A DNA stretch of 41,691 nucleotides. Source: a bacterium. GTDB lineage: Bacteria; Bacteroidota; Bacteroidia; Cytophagales; Thermonemataceae. How positions within the stretch are numbered: the first letter of the stretch is position 1; every line of letters starts with the position of its first letter. Shown here piece by piece: positions 15,990-26,066 of the stretch. Made by a program: the position numbers and the translations under genes. The DNA lies in contig JANYGM010000475.1 of NCBI GenBank assembly GCA_025362415.1, forward strand, positions 1-41,691. The letters run 5' to 3'. Below the pieces are notes generated by a model. That model saw only the letters and a program-made list of their open reading frames with translations. It did not search any database and was not told the DNA's origin.

Positions 15990-16869
15990 TTTTCACTGCT
16001 TTTAGGCTAATATCCATACTCTTAACTGCGTGAGTAAGCGCACCAACAGAAATAAAATCAACACCACACTCTGCCACATTAGCAATAGTTGCCTCTGTGA
16101 TACCACCTGATGCTTCTGTTTGGGCAATATTTCCAATCATTTTTACAGCTTCTCGCATCATTTCCAACGACATATTATCTAACATAATTACATCTATTCC
16201 GCCCACGTTTATAGCTTCTTGTACTTCTGCCAAATTACGTGTTTCTACCTCAATACGCAGGGTTTTTCCTGTTTTTTGTAGATAATCTTTAGCGTACTTT
16301 TGCGCTCCTGCTACTGCTTTTGTGATGCCACCAGCGTAGTCAATATGGTTATCTTTGAGCATAATCATATCATACAACGCAAAACGGTGGTTTTTGCCAC
16401 CTCCAATGCTTACTGCCCATTTTTCTAAGATACGAAAATTAGGGGTTGTCTTGCGTGTGTCTAAAAGGCGTGCTTTTGTGTGCGCTATCATTTGCGTAAG
16501 GTGCGCTGTATGCGTAGCAATACCGCTCATACGTTGCATACAGTTAAGTACGAGGCGTTCTGCTTTGAGAATAGATTGTGCGCTACCTTCTACTGTTAGT
16601 CCAATATCACCTTTTTTAACTGTTGCGCCATCTTCTAACAACAAATTTACCTTAAAATTGTTGTCAATTCTCTTAAAAATGATTTCTGCAAGTTCTAAAC
16701 CTGCAATAATGCCATTGTCTTTGATGATAAGTTGGGCTTTTTCTTGTGCCTGCGCAGGCACAGACGACAAAGAAGAATGGTCGCCATCTCCCACATCTTC
16801 ACGTATGGCGTTGTCTATGAGCCAAAATAGGCTTTCTTCTGTAATATAGGAAGGGTAGTTTTTCATCAC
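15979..16869 (-). CDS. nadC: Nicotinate-nucleotide diphosphorylase (carboxylating)
   Basis: 296 aa. REDVGDGDHSS, LLDTRKTTPNFR, GGGKNHRFALYDMIMLKDNH and IMLDNM are QPRTase signatures. Confidence 0.9.
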   Translation of the reverse strand: MMKNYPSYITEESLFWLIDNAIREDVGDGDHSSLSSVPAQAQEKAQLIIKDNGIIAGLELAEIIFKRIDNNFKVNLLLEDGATVKKGDIGLTVEGSAQSILKAERLVLNCMQRMSGIATHTAHLTQMIAHTKARLLDTRKTTPNFRILEKWAVSIGGGKNHRFALYDMIMLKDNHIDYAGGITKAVAGAQKYAKDYLQKTGKTLRIEVETRNLAEVQEAINVGGIDVIMLDNMSLEMMREAVKMIGNIAQTEASGGITEATIANVAECGVDFISVGALTHAVKSMDISLKAVKTAP

Positions 16870-16904
16870 TGATTTATTGGATTACACTAATTACACGGAT
16901 TTTT

Positions 16905-18251
16905 TTACTGATTATTATTGCTTTTGTCATCAATAATAATAATGATTCTTGGTTTTAGAGAAGCAAGAGGTTTCTTATCTTCAGATTGGATTGTCTTCTT
17001 TAACTTGTGATACAAATCACCATACCAATATTTATAATCAAAGAGGAAATTCTTATCAAGATGTCCAATTTCTGTTAGTCCTTCTTCTATAGCATTATAT
17101 TCTTTAAATTCTTGCAAATGACGTTTATATTGGGAATTATTCCTTTCTCCTAGTTCACGCCACATTTTTGGTAAATCAACAAACTTTTTTTCTACAGTTT
17201 CATCAAAAGTAGCTTTTAAAATTTTGTAATTACTCTTTATATTTTGCCTTGTGTAGTATGGATTTGTGGTACTTGCTTGCCAAAAAGATAGTTCTCCGTC
17301 ACTTGGTTTGTAACAAACAAGATAGTTGTGGACTTTATAAGCAATAGAAATATTAACAAAATATTGAGATTTATCAAGTATTTCATTAGTGATTTGTATT
17401 TGTGGATAAAGCAACGGATACGGCATACCATTACCAGTTTGTATTTTTGCAAAACGTCTTTTTTCTACAAAATTAAGTTCTAGTTTATTATCTTTTCCTA
17501 ATTTCCCTGCCTGCTCAATTTTACATTTATATAGATGTTGAAGTTTTGTTTTTATGTCGTAGGCGTGCAAATAAATTTCAGTTCCTATCATTCTGTATTT
17601 AGAAAATTCTCTACTACTCCCAGATAAAAGTTGAATAATTTGCTCATTTTGTAGGTTATTCATATCTTCTCCTACTATTTCTATTGTTTGGGTGATGTCG
17701 CCTACATTTTTATCTTCCTCATTTTGCAATTTAAGATAAATATTTACAAGTTGAGGGTCAAATTTGAGGCAAAAATCATTTTTTATCTCCTCCAAATAAG
17801 CGCAAGTATCTATGTATATTTTATCAGTTTTTTTGCATTTAATAGAAACGGATGCTTCCAAATTAAGCCCAGTAATAGCAAAAGTAGTTAAATTATGGCT
17901 ACCAATCCAAATTTCTGCATCTGTTCCGTTTTTACTATCAAAAACAAGTATCTTACTATGCAATAAATATCCATCTTTTAATTTATATTGATGTAAATAG
18001 ATTTCGGTTGCACCATATTCATAATACTTCTGAATATTCGTAATACTTGTAGGCAACTGCATATCAGCACAGAGAAATGAATTGTCTTTTTTCAATGCTT
18101 CTGCAAGTTTTTTTGAAGAAAAAAAATCTATGTCTATTGTCCAAAAAGCAGTACAACCTCTAAATAATTGGCAATTATCAAGCAATCCTTCAAGTGTTAG
18201 CTTTAAATTTGGGTCATTAAGTGCAGGTAAAAGTATTATTTCTTGTTGCAT
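16905..18251 (-). CDS. PLD-superfamily (single HKD motif) nuclease-like protein with an uncharacterised ~270-aa C-terminal region
   Basis: 448 aa. LHSKILVFDSKNGTDAEIWIGSHNLT matches H-x-K-x4-D...G-S-x-N, and only one copy is present. The ORF looks more AT-rich than flanking nadC and speA-like. The C-terminal two thirds were not recognised. Confidence 0.65.
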   Translation of the reverse strand: MQQEIILLPALNDPNLKLTLEGLLDNCQLFRGCTAFWTIDIDFFSSKKLAEALKKDNSFLCADMQLPTSITNIQKYYEYGATEIYLHQYKLKDGYLLHSKILVFDSKNGTDAEIWIGSHNLTTFAITGLNLEASVSIKCKKTDKIYIDTCAYLEEIKNDFCLKFDPQLVNIYLKLQNEEDKNVGDITQTIEIVGEDMNNLQNEQIIQLLSGSSREFSKYRMIGTEIYLHAYDIKTKLQHLYKCKIEQAGKLGKDNKLELNFVEKRRFAKIQTGNGMPYPLLYPQIQITNEILDKSQYFVNISIAYKVHNYLVCYKPSDGELSFWQASTTNPYYTRQNIKSNYKILKATFDETVEKKFVDLPKMWRELGERNNSQYKRHLQEFKEYNAIEEGLTEIGHLDKNFLFDYKYWYGDLYHKLKKTIQSEDKKPLASLKPRIIIIIDDKSNNNQ

Positions 18252-18309
18252 ATTTTCTTTATTTCAAAGATTGGACTATTTATTTTATTATAATCACTAA
18301 AAAACTTAC

Positions 18310-18344
18310 AAAAAATCCTTCCCAACACTTGGAAAGGATTTTTT
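18310..18344. terminator. Hairpin terminator between the speA-like and PLD-like genes
   Basis: aaaaaatccttccc / ggaaaggatttttt form a ~13-bp stem with one mismatch, with A/T runs on both sides. Confidence 0.55.
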
Positions 18345-18370
18345 ACAATAACTTAATAATCAATATTTTA

Positions 18371-18391
18371 TATTCGTATCTCGTATTTCGT
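18371..18391. repeat. Heptamer array (tattcgt atctcgt atttcgt)
   Basis: 3 units in register, 9 nt downstream of the speA-like stop (minus strand). The gene-sense strand is C-poor (ACGAAAT). Confidence 0.7.
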
Positions 18392-18399
18392 ACCTTTTT

Positions 18400-19788
18400 C
18401 TATTTATAGCCCAAAAGTTTGAGCATAGACTCACTATCTTGTTCTGGTGCAAAAAGTTCTGTTACTACTTTTCCTTTCTTATCTCTGCTGATAATCACAT
18501 GTTTAGGTGCAGGAACAAGGCAATGTTGTATGCCACCATAACCACCTAAAGACTCTTGATAAGCTCCTGTATGAAAAAAGCCAATATATTGCGTTTCTGT
18601 ACTTTCAGGGATAGGCAAAAATACTTCTGATGTGTGTGCTTCAGAGTTGTAATAATCTTGACTATCACAAGTCAGACCGCCTAAATTTACTTTATGAAAC
18701 GGATTATCCCAATTATTGACAGCAAGCATAATGTATTTTTGGTTCATTCCCCACACATCTGGTAGTTGTGTAATAAATGAACCATCTATCATATACCAAA
18801 GTTCTTTATCATTTTGGAGTTTTTGGTCAATGACTGCATAGATAGTTGCGCCACTTTCCGCTACTGTATAAGACCCAAATTCTGTAAAAATATTAGGTAC
18901 AGGAACGTGATTTTTTTGACAAATCCATTGTATGTTTTCAATGATTTGTTCAATCATATATTTATAATCATATTCAAACGCCAAAGAAGTTTGGATAGGA
19001 AAGCCACCACCAATATCCACAGTGTCCAAATCTGGGCAAATCTTCTTAAGTTCGCAATATTTATACATAAATCTGCTTAGTTCGCTCCAATAATAAGCAG
19101 TATCTTTGATGCCAGTATTGATGAAAAAATGAAGCATTTTTAGGCTAAATTTATCATTATTAGCAATTTTTTCTTTGTAAAGTATGTCAATATCACTATA
19201 ACGCACTCCCAAACGAGAAGTATAAAACGCAAAATTTGGCTCTTCATCAGCAGCAATACGAATGCCTACATTGATTTTTTCTGCAGAATTGTTTTCGTAA
19301 GCCGTAATTTCTTTAAGATTATCCAAAATTGGCATACAATTAAAGCCATCTTCCAGCAATTCATTGATATATTCTGTATAAAGTGGGCGTTTGTAGCCAT
19401 TACAGATGATAAAAGTGTTTTTGGTTATTTTACCTTTTTCATAAAGTGCCTTAATAATAGGCAAATCAAAAGCGGAAGATGTCTCCAAATGAATATCATT
19501 TTTGAGTGCTTCTTCTAATACAAAGCTAAAATGAGAAGATTTGGTACAATAACAGTAGGTATAATTTCCTTTGTATTTGTATTTTTTGATAGCATTGGCA
19601 AACATTTCCTTGCAATCTCGGATATGCTGACCTATTTTAGGTAAGTAACTGATTTTGAGCGGTGTACCATACTCTTCAATGATTTTCATCAAAGGCACGT
19701 CATTAAAAAAAAGCTCATTTTTTTTAACTTTAAACTCTGGATTAGGAAACTCAAAAGTCTGTTCTATTAGGTCAATATAACTCTTCAT
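18400..19788 (-). CDS. speA: Type III PLP-dependent decarboxylase, arginine decarboxylase-like
   Basis: 462 aa. The Orn/DAP/Arg decarboxylase family-2 layout includes YCTKSSHF (PLP lysine region), DIGGGFP and the C-terminal CDSQD motif. Confidence 0.7.
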   Translation of the reverse strand: MKSYIDLIEQTFEFPNPEFKVKKNELFFNDVPLMKIIEEYGTPLKISYLPKIGQHIRDCKEMFANAIKKYKYKGNYTYCYCTKSSHFSFVLEEALKNDIHLETSSAFDLPIIKALYEKGKITKNTFIICNGYKRPLYTEYINELLEDGFNCMPILDNLKEITAYENNSAEKINVGIRIAADEEPNFAFYTSRLGVRYSDIDILYKEKIANNDKFSLKMLHFFINTGIKDTAYYWSELSRFMYKYCELKKICPDLDTVDIGGGFPIQTSLAFEYDYKYMIEQIIENIQWICQKNHVPVPNIFTEFGSYTVAESGATIYAVIDQKLQNDKELWYMIDGSFITQLPDVWGMNQKYIMLAVNNWDNPFHKVNLGGLTCDSQDYYNSEAHTSEVFLPIPESTETQYIGFFHTGAYQESLGGYGGIQHCLVPAPKHVIISRDKKGKVVTELFAPEQDSESMLKLLGYK

Positions 19789-19882
19789 CTTTAGGGCATA
19801 AAGGGGTTTTTGGGTTGGAAATGCGAATATACTATTTTTTTGAGAAAAATAAATATTTTTTTGAAAATTAGAAAAATAATTT

Positions 19883-20617
19883 TCAATATTTTGGTTCTAT
19901 TTCTAACTCTCCGTTCCTAATTCCTGATTTTTCAATACCATAACATAATACAAAATCCTCCAAAAATATAACCTCAAGTATGTATTCTTGATAAAAATTA
20001 GGCATTTTTATTTCTGCGGATACTTTGAGATTTTTTCCGTTCTCATAAGGAAAAACAAATAAATTTTCTTTAAAATTTACTTCTCCTTTTCCATAAATTT
20101 TATATAAAACCTCTTTTGCACACCAAAAAACGGTGTTTTTTTGTAAATCTTTTTCCAAAAAAATAAGTTCTTTTTCAGAAAAAACTCGTGGTGCAACACG
20201 CAAAATTTTCTCTTTGAGTTGTTCTATATCCACACCACACGCACCCAACCTGCTTACCAGCGCACCCACAAAAGGATATGAGTGTGTGAGAGAAATATGG
20301 ATATTCTCGTTGTTATTCTCTTCATAATCAATAAGATATGGCTTTCCGTTGGTATCTTTCTTGATGCCTTTATAATCATATCCTAAGAATTTTAATGCTT
20401 TTGATAAAGCAAACCTACCAGCTAAAAATTCTTGCTTTTTTGTTTGGTGATGCAAAATCTCGTAATCTTTTTTGTCAGAATTGGGCATTTTATCTGAAAA
20501 GTCAGCTAAAGCAAGTAAATTATTTTCAGTTTTTGTGTCATTATTGATTTTTAAGATAACTAAATGTGTATTTTGGTTTGGGCTGAAAATTTCAAAAACA
20601 CTATTGATATGCTCCAT
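19883..20617 (-). CDS. 4'-phosphopantetheinyl transferase (Sfp-type)
   Basis: FLAGRFALSKAL, GKPYL, ISLTHS, GVDIE and FWCAKEVLYK are PPTase motifs. The last ~10 codons run through a heptamer array, so the true C-terminus is uncertain. Confidence 0.7.
   Translation of the reverse strand: MEHINSVFEIFSPNQNTHLVILKINNDTKTENNLLALADFSDKMPNSDKKDYEILHHQTKKQEFLAGRFALSKALKFLGYDYKGIKKDTNGKPYLIDYEENNNENIHISLTHSYPFVGALVSRLGACGVDIEQLKEKILRVAPRVFSEKELIFLEKDLQKNTVFWCAKEVLYKIYGKGEVNFKENLFVFPYENGKNLKVSAEIKMPNFYQEYILEVIFLEDFVLCYGIEKSGIRNGELEIEPKY
19905..19925. repeat. Heptamer array (aactctc cgttcct aattcct) inside the 3' end of the PPTase ORF
   Basis: 3 units in register. The gene-sense strand reads AGGAATT AGGAACG GAGAGTT. 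Confidence 0.6.
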
Positions 20618-20693
20618 TTGAGGTTTGATAAAATTATTTTCACAAATATAGAAAAAAATAATTATTTTTTGTTGCGCATATTAAAAAAATGAC

Positions 20694-20701
20694 TACCTTG
20701 C
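20694..20701 (+). promoter_or_regulatory. -7-like box TACCTTGC upstream of csp
   Basis: taccttgcactcgc (20694-20707) is nearly identical to the sequence upstream of the SRP RNA (22003-22017). Confidence 0.4.
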
Positions 20702-20756
20702 ACTCGCTAAAAAGAAGGTCTTTTTAGTTTAGTATATTTTAAAAATAATAACAAAC

Positions 20757-20948
20757 ATGGAAAAAGGTACAGTAAAATTCTTTAATGAATCAAAAGGCTT
20801 CGGATTTATCACTTCTGAAAATGGAACAGAGGTATTTGTACACTCTACAGCACTTGGTGGCAAAACTATTCGTGAGAACGACAAAGTTAGCTTCAACGTA
20901 GAAGAAGGCAAAAAAGGGCTTAATGCTACAAACATCACACTTTTATAG
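20757..20948 (+). CDS. Cold-shock protein (CspA family)
   Basis: 63 aa. [15 protein letters not shown] (RNP1) and VFVHSTAL (RNP2). Confidence 0.9.
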   Translation: MEKGTVKFFNESKGFGFITSENGTEVFVHSTALGGKTIRENDKVSFNVEEGKKGLNATNITLL

Positions 20949-21010
20949 TCTGATTTTGTGAGCTTTTCTTCACGGAAAAACCTTATATCTAATTTATTTT
21001 AGGTAACGAC

Positions 21011-21045
21011 AAAAAAATCCTCAATAAATTTATTGAGGATTTTTG
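21011..21045 (+). terminator. csp intrinsic terminator
   Basis: aatcctcaata (21016-21026) / tattgaggatt (21031-21041), preceded by an A-run and followed by a T-run. Confidence 0.7.
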
Positions 21046-21145
21046 CATTAAAAAAACAGCGTTGTTTGGTGTTCTAGCGTAACGACACCAACAACCAATT
21101 AATTATCCATTCAATTCACTAAGTTAAACTTAAAAAACAAAAACT

Positions 21146-21943
21146 ATGACAAAGAAAAATCTTTTTTTTATATCCTTAATAGCTATTTCTAGCTTATTTT
21201 TGGGTTGTGGAAAATCAATTTTCACAAGCATTCCACAACAAAAACAAATGGGAATGAAAGTGCGTGACGAAATCCTTGCAAAACCTTCAGAATTTCCTGT
21301 CCTTGACGAAAAGGCACACCCGCAAGCCTACGCTTATTTGCGCAAAATAACAAGTAATGTGCTTAATTCAGGCAAATTGGCGCACCGCAACGACTTTGAC
21401 TGGGAAGTACGCATCATCAATGACGACAAAACGCTTAATGCTTTTTGCACACCAGGTGGCTATATCTTCGTTTATACGGGGCTTATCAAATATCTTGATA
21501 ATGAAGACCAACTAGCAGGCGTGATGGGGCACGAAATGGGACACGCAGACAAAGAACACAGCGCAAGAACAATGGAAAAGCAAATGGGACTTGGAATAGT
21601 GGCACAACTTGCAGGAGCAGTAGTTACAGAGCAACTTTCGCAACTTACTGCTACTTTTCTTAGTTTGAAATATAGCCGTGATTACGAAAAAGAAGCAGAT
21701 GCCGCTTCTGTTGATTATCTTTCTGCCACAAAGTATCAATGCAATGGCGCAGCAGGCTTTTTTGTTAAGTTAGAGGCTGCAGGTGGTGCAAGACAACCAG
21801 AGTTTTTGAGTACGCACCCAGCACCAGAAAACCGTATCAAAAATATCAATACAAAAGCAGAAGGGCTGAAATGTACAGCAAAACCTGCTACAATAACTGA
21901 ATATCAGGCATTTAAGAGAATGTTGCCAGGTACAGTAAAATAA
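21146..21943 (+). CDS. M48 family zinc metallopeptidase lipoprotein
   Basis: Lipobox LFLGCG. HEMGHADKEH (HExxH), EKEADAASVDY and STHPAPENR are typical of M48 / BepA-like peptidases. Confidence 0.8.
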   Translation: MTKKNLFFISLIAISSLFLGCGKSIFTSIPQQKQMGMKVRDEILAKPSEFPVLDEKAHPQAYAYLRKITSNVLNSGKLAHRNDFDWEVRIINDDKTLNAFCTPGGYIFVYTGLIKYLDNEDQLAGVMGHEMGHADKEHSARTMEKQMGLGIVAQLAGAVVTEQLSQLTATFLSLKYSRDYEKEADAASVDYLSATKYQCNGAAGFFVKLEAAGGARQPEFLSTHPAPENRIKNINTKAEGLKCTAKPATITEYQAFKRMLPGTVK

Positions 21944-22002
21944 TTTTTAAAAGTTTTTTGAAAATATAGTCTAAAAAATTTGGTAGTTATAAAACAATTT
22001 CC

Positions 22003-22010
22003 TACCTTTG
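22003..22010 (+). promoter_or_regulatory. -7 box TACCTTTG upstream of the SRP RNA
   Basis: Matches TAnnTTTG, ~7 nt before the proposed RNA 5' end. Confidence 0.45.
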
Positions 22011-22016
22011 CACTCG

Positions 22017-22098
22017 CAAGCTGCAAATTTTGCTCCTTACGAATCCCCCAGGGTCGGAAGACAGCAAGTGTAGAAAGTTGAGCAATTGTGTGGCTTGT
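22017..22098 (+). ncRNA. ffs: Signal recognition particle RNA (small bacterial type, 4.5S-like)
   Basis: The core CCCCCAGG-GTC-GGAA-GAC-AGCAAG has a GGAA tetraloop and the conserved CAGG / AGCA symmetric-loop bases of domain IV. The terminal helix is CAAGC...GCTTG, with inner TTGCTC / GAGCAA pairing. The ends are approximate. Confidence 0.6.
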
Positions 22099-22136
22099 AT
22101 TTTTTTAGGACTTAAATTAAGAGAATTTATATCAAG

Positions 22137-22169
22137 CTCCAGTCAAAAAGTTTTTTGACTGGAGTTTTT
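22137..22169 (+). terminator. Intrinsic terminator
   Basis: ctccagtcaaaaa / tttttgactggag, a 13-bp stem with a 2-nt loop, followed by ttttt. Confidence 0.7.
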
Positions 22170-22285
22170 CGTTTATAACTTCCTTATGTTAGTAGTTTTT
22201 CTTAACATACAATGAAAAATCTCTTTGATAATTTTAATTTTTTGTAATGGTTTAGGTAGGTTGTTTAGAAGGTTGAGTTTTTGTT

Positions 22286-22404
22286 GTAGAGACGTTGCTT
22301 GCAACGTCTAAACGACAAAGAATATACTAGCAAATAAAAGTATTATTTTTGAATGAAACTGAATACAATTTTCTACGCTAAGACGTTGCAAGCAACGTCT
22401 CTAC
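22286..22404. repeat. Palindromic REP/MITE-like element (pair of inverted hairpins)
   Basis: gtagagacgttgcTTgcaacgtcta (22286-22310) and taagacgttgcAAgcaacgtctctac (22379-22404). Each is a 9-bp hairpin and the two are reverse complements of each other. gaatacaattttc lies in the spacer. Confidence 0.8.
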
Positions 22405-22538
22405 AAATTACATCTATATAACATCAGTTACCTAAACTGTTGCAATTTTTTTTGTAATAAATAGGATTTTTCTCTTATAAAATTGTATTCTCTTTCAAAT
22501 TTGATAAATTGCATAAAAATATCCAAGATATACAAAAT

Positions 22539-25500
22539 ATGCAAGACCAAACTATCTATAAACCGCAAAATCATATCCGTATTGTTACGGCTGCCTCCCT
22601 TTTTGACGGACACGATGCCGCAATCAATATTATGAGGCGCATTATTCAGGCTTCTGGTGCAGAAGTCATACATTTAGGACACAACCGTAGTGTAATGGAA
22701 ATTGTAGATTGTGCCATTCAAGAAGATGCGCAGGCTATTGCGCTCACCAGCTACCAGGGCGGACACGTAGAGTATCTCAAATATATGTATGATTTGCTCA
22801 AAGAACGCAACGCAAATATCAAAATTTTTGGTGGTGGTGGCGGTACTATTTTGCCTACTGAAATAGCAGAACTCCACGCTTACGGCATCAATAAAATCTA
22901 TTCCCCTGATGATGGAAGAGCTATGGGACTTCAAGGAATGATAAATGATTTGATGAAACAAGCAGATTTTCCTACCTATAAAGACGAGAAAAACACGCTA
23001 AAACAACTATTAGAGGATACAAAAGCTAAAAATGAGTTGTCTATTGGTCGTCTGATTTCTGTTGCTGAAAATCACCCAGAAATCTATAAAACGCTTAATA
23101 TCAAAAAAGAAATAGAAAATCAACCTAAAATACCTGTTTTGGGTATCACAGGCACAGGTGGTGCAGGAAAATCTTCTTTAGTTGATGAATTAGTACGTAG
23201 ATTTTTGATTAACTTTGAAAATAAAAGTATAGCGGTCATTTCTGTTGATCCTTCTAAAAGAAAAACAGGTGGCGCATTGCTGGGCGACCGTATTCGTATG
23301 AACTCTATCTCCAATGGTCGTGTGTATATGCGTAGTTTGGCAACAAGGCAATCAAATTTGGCACTTAGTCAGTATGTTCAAGATGCTATTGATATTTGTA
23401 AACTGGCTAATTTTGACTTAATTATTGTAGAAACATCTGGAATTGGGCAATCTGATACAGAAATTGTAGAACATTCAGACGTTTGTATGTACGTGATGAC
23501 TTCTGAATATGGCGCAGCAACACAATTAGAAAAAATTGATATGTTGGATTTTGCTGATATTATTGCTATCAATAAGTTTGATAAACGTGGCTCATTAGAT
23601 GCAATGCGTGATGTCAAAAAGCAATACAGACGAAATCATAACCTTTGGGAAGCTCCTGAAGCAGATTTGCCTATCTACGGAACTATTGCCTCGCAATTCA
23701 ACGACCCAGGAATGAACACACTTTATAGAAAAGTGATGGATAAAATTGTGGAAAAAACCTCTGTAAATGCCCTTACTTCTGATTTTAGCATTTCTGAAAA
23801 AGCATCAGAAAAAATTTATATTATTCCACCAGAAAAAATCCGCTATCTCTCTGAAATTGTGGAAAGTAGTGCAGAATATGATAATTTTATCACTAAACAA
23901 AGCACCATTGCACGAAAAATGTACCAACTCAAAGGTACTATTGAAATGTTGCGAGCAAATATTGGCAAAAAAACCATTGAAATTATAGAGAAATCTGATA
24001 ATTTGGTGTATGCAGTTGAAAATATCCAAGATGAGCCTGCATATCTTACGGATTTAGTTGATATTTACAACCAATTAGAGAAAAAACTAGATTTGGAATG
24101 TAAAGAAATGCTAATGGAATGGGAAGCAACCAAAAAGCGTTATCGTGCCGACAAATACCAGTTTCAAGTAAGAGATAAAATAATTGAGCAAGATTTGTTT
24201 AGTGTTTCTTTGTCAAACACAAAAATTCCAAAAGTTGCTTTGCCAAAATACGAAGATTGGGGAGATATTTTGAGATGGCTTTTAAGTGAAAATGCACCAG
24301 GATTTTTCCCGTATGCAAGTGGAGTTTTCCCACTAAAACGTGAAGGAGAAGACCCTACACGTATGTTTGCAGGTGAGGGCGGACCAGAACGCACCAACAA
24401 ACGTTTCCATTATGTATCAAAAGGAATGCCTGCAAAACGCCTTTCTACAGCTTTTGATAGTGTTACTTTGTATGGAGAAAACCCTGACCATAGACTTGAT
24501 ATTTATGGAAAAATAGGCAATTCTGGAGTGAATGTTGCCACGCTTGATGATGCCAAAAAACTGTATTCTGGTTTTGATTTATGTAATCCAACTACTTCTG
24601 TATCAATGACAATCAACGGACCTGCGCCAATGATTTTAGCATTTTTTATGAATGTTGCTATTGACCAACAATGCGAAATTTATATCAAAAAGAATGGTTT
24701 GGAGGACGAAATCAACCAAAAAATAGCTGATATTTACAAGAAAAAAGGTGTTACTCGTCCTACTTATAACGAAGATATTCCAGAGGGAAATGATGGTTTG
24801 GGCTTGATGCTTTTGGGCGTTACGGGTGAAGATGTTTTGCCTGCTGATGTGTATCAAAAAATCAAAACTTATGCTATCTCCCAAGTGCGTGGAACTGTTC
24901 AGGCAGATATTTTGAAAGAAGACCAAGCACAAAATACGTGTATTTTCTCCACAGAATTTGCTTTGCGTATGATGGGCGACATTCAGCAGTATTTTATTGA
25001 GAAAAAAGTGCGTAATTTCTATTCTGTAAGTATTTCGGGCTATCATATTGCGGAAGCAGGTGCAAATCCTATTACACAACTTGCCCTGACGCTTTCAAAT
25101 GGCTTTACTTTTGTAGAGTATTATTTGAGTAGAGGAATGAATATTGATGATTTTGCACCAAATTTGTCGTTTTTCTTTTCTAATGGAATGGATCCTGAAT
25201 ATGCGGTTTTGGGGCGTGTGGCTAGACGTATTTGGGCAAAAGCTATGAAATACAAATATCACGGCAACGACCGTTCTCAAAAATTAAAATACCATATCCA
25301 AACTTCTGGACGTAGTTTGCACGCTCAAGAAATTGCTTTTAATGATATTAGAACTACTTTGCAGGCACTTTATGCCATTTATGATAATTGCAATTCTTTG
25401 CATACCAACGCTTATGATGAGGCTATCACCACACCCACAGAGGAGAGTGTAAGGCGTGCAATGGCTATTCAACTCGTCATTAACCACGAACTTGGTCTTG

Positions 25501-25988
25501 CAAAAAATGAAAATCCTTTGCAGGGTGCATTCATCATAGAAGAACTTACAGATTTGGTAGAGCAGGCAGTTTTGAATGAATTTAAGTCAATTTCGGAGCG
25601 TGGAGGAGTTTTGGGTGCAATGGAACGTATGTATCAGCGTAGCAAAATTCAAGAAGAAAGTATGCATTATGAAATGAAAAAGCACACAGGAGAATTGCCT
25701 TTGATTGGTGTCAATACGTTTTTAGACCCACAAGGCTCACCAACTATTATACCTTTGGAGGTTATTCGTAGCACAACAGAAGAGAAAGAGTTCCAAATTT
25801 CTATGCGTGATGCGTTCCACAAGCGCAATGAAGCGTTTTCTGCTGATATTCTCAAGAAATTGCAAGAAATTGCAATAAATAATGGTAATATTTTTGAGAT
25901 GCTGATGGAATGTGCTAAAATATGTAGTTTAGGGCAAATGTCAAACGCACTTTATGCGGTTGGTGGGCAATATAGAAGAAATATGTAA
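22539..25988 (+). CDS. icmF: Fused isobutyryl-CoA mutase (B12-binding domain - MeaB-like GTPase - mutase catalytic domain)
   Basis: N-terminal B12 motif [12 protein letters not shown]-loop [13 protein letters not shown] and NKFD (G protein). C-terminal methylmalonyl-CoA-mutase-like barrel (FPYASGVFP..., [10 protein letters not shown]). ATG at 22539 is preferred over the TTG at 22509. Confidence 0.85.
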   Translation: MQDQTIYKPQNHIRIVTAASLFDGHDAAINIMRRIIQASGAEVIHLGHNRSVMEIVDCAIQEDAQAIALTSYQGGHVEYLKYMYDLLKERNANIKIFGGGGGTILPTEIAELHAYGINKIYSPDDGRAMGLQGMINDLMKQADFPTYKDEKNTLKQLLEDTKAKNELSIGRLISVAENHPEIYKTLNIKKEIENQPKIPVLGITGTGGAGKSSLVDELVRRFLINFENKSIAVISVDPSKRKTGGALLGDRIRMNSISNGRVYMRSLATRQSNLALSQYVQDAIDICKLANFDLIIVETSGIGQSDTEIVEHSDVCMYVMTSEYGAATQLEKIDMLDFADIIAINKFDKRGSLDAMRDVKKQYRRNHNLWEAPEADLPIYGTIASQFNDPGMNTLYRKVMDKIVEKTSVNALTSDFSISEKASEKIYIIPPEKIRYLSEIVESSAEYDNFITKQSTIARKMYQLKGTIEMLRANIGKKTIEIIEKSDNLVYAVENIQDEPAYLTDLVDIYNQLEKKLDLECKEMLMEWEATKKRYRADKYQFQVRDKIIEQDLFSVSLSNTKIPKVALPKYEDWGDILRWLLSENAPGFFPYASGVFPLKREGEDPTRMFAGEGGPERTNKRFHYVSKGMPAKRLSTAFDSVTLYGENPDHRLDIYGKIGNSGVNVATLDDAKKLYSGFDLCNPTTSVSMTINGPAPMILAFFMNVAIDQQCEIYIKKNGLEDEINQKIADIYKKKGVTRPTYNEDIPEGNDGLGLMLLGVTGEDVLPADVYQKIKTYAISQVRGTVQADILKEDQAQNTCIFSTEFALRMMGDIQQYFIEKKVRNFYSVSISGYHIAEAGANPITQLALTLSNGFTFVEYYLSRGMNIDDFAPNLSFFFSNGMDPEYAVLGRVARRIWAKAMKYKYHGNDRSQKLKYHIQTSGRSLHAQEIAFNDIRTTLQALYAIYDNCNSLHTNAYDEAITTPTEESVRRAMAIQLVINHELGLAKNENPLQGAFIIEELTDLVEQAVLNEFKSISERGGVLGAMERMYQRSKIQEESMHYEMKKHTGELPLIGVNTFLDPQGSPTIIPLEVIRSTTEEKEFQISMRDAFHKRNEAFSADILKKLQEIAINNGNIFEMLMECAKICSLGQMSNALYAVGGQYRRNM

Positions 25989-25995
25989 GTTTTTT

Positions 25996-26030
25996 TAGTG
26001 TTGAGTGAGTAGTGAAATAGTGTTTAGTGT
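25996..26030. repeat. Degenerate heptamer array (tagtgtt gagtgag tagtgaa atagtgt ttagtgt)
   Basis: AGTG recurs at spacings of 7, 7, 8 and 7 nt, starting 8 nt after the icmF stop. The sense strand is C-free. Confidence 0.6.
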
Positions 26031-26066
26031 AATACAATAATTTATTAAAATAAATCTTTCAAATTT

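Noticed and set aside
16355-16849. 164-aa plus-strand ORF, and similar long antisense ORFs (24636-25079, 30052-30411, 10127-10510, 38864-39190)
   Set aside because: Each is fully embedded antisense in a well-supported gene (nadC, icmF, susD-like, methyltransferase, GltB-like). Their composition is Cys/Ser/Arg-rich and they contain no recognisable motifs. They are shadow ORFs.
15051-18251. FkbM-family methyltransferase plus PLD-like nuclease as a restriction-modification pair
   Set aside because: The two genes are separated by nadC. The methyltransferase shows FkbM-type motifs but none of the DNA MTase motif IV signatures (DPPY/NPPY/PCQ) and has no target-recognition-domain-like region. The association looks coincidental.
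22180-22538. Cobalamin riboswitch upstream of the B12-dependent icmF
   Set aside because: The leader is occupied by a REP-like palindrome pair (22286-22404). No B12-box-like conserved core was seen by eye. An Infernal scan would be needed to exclude one formally.
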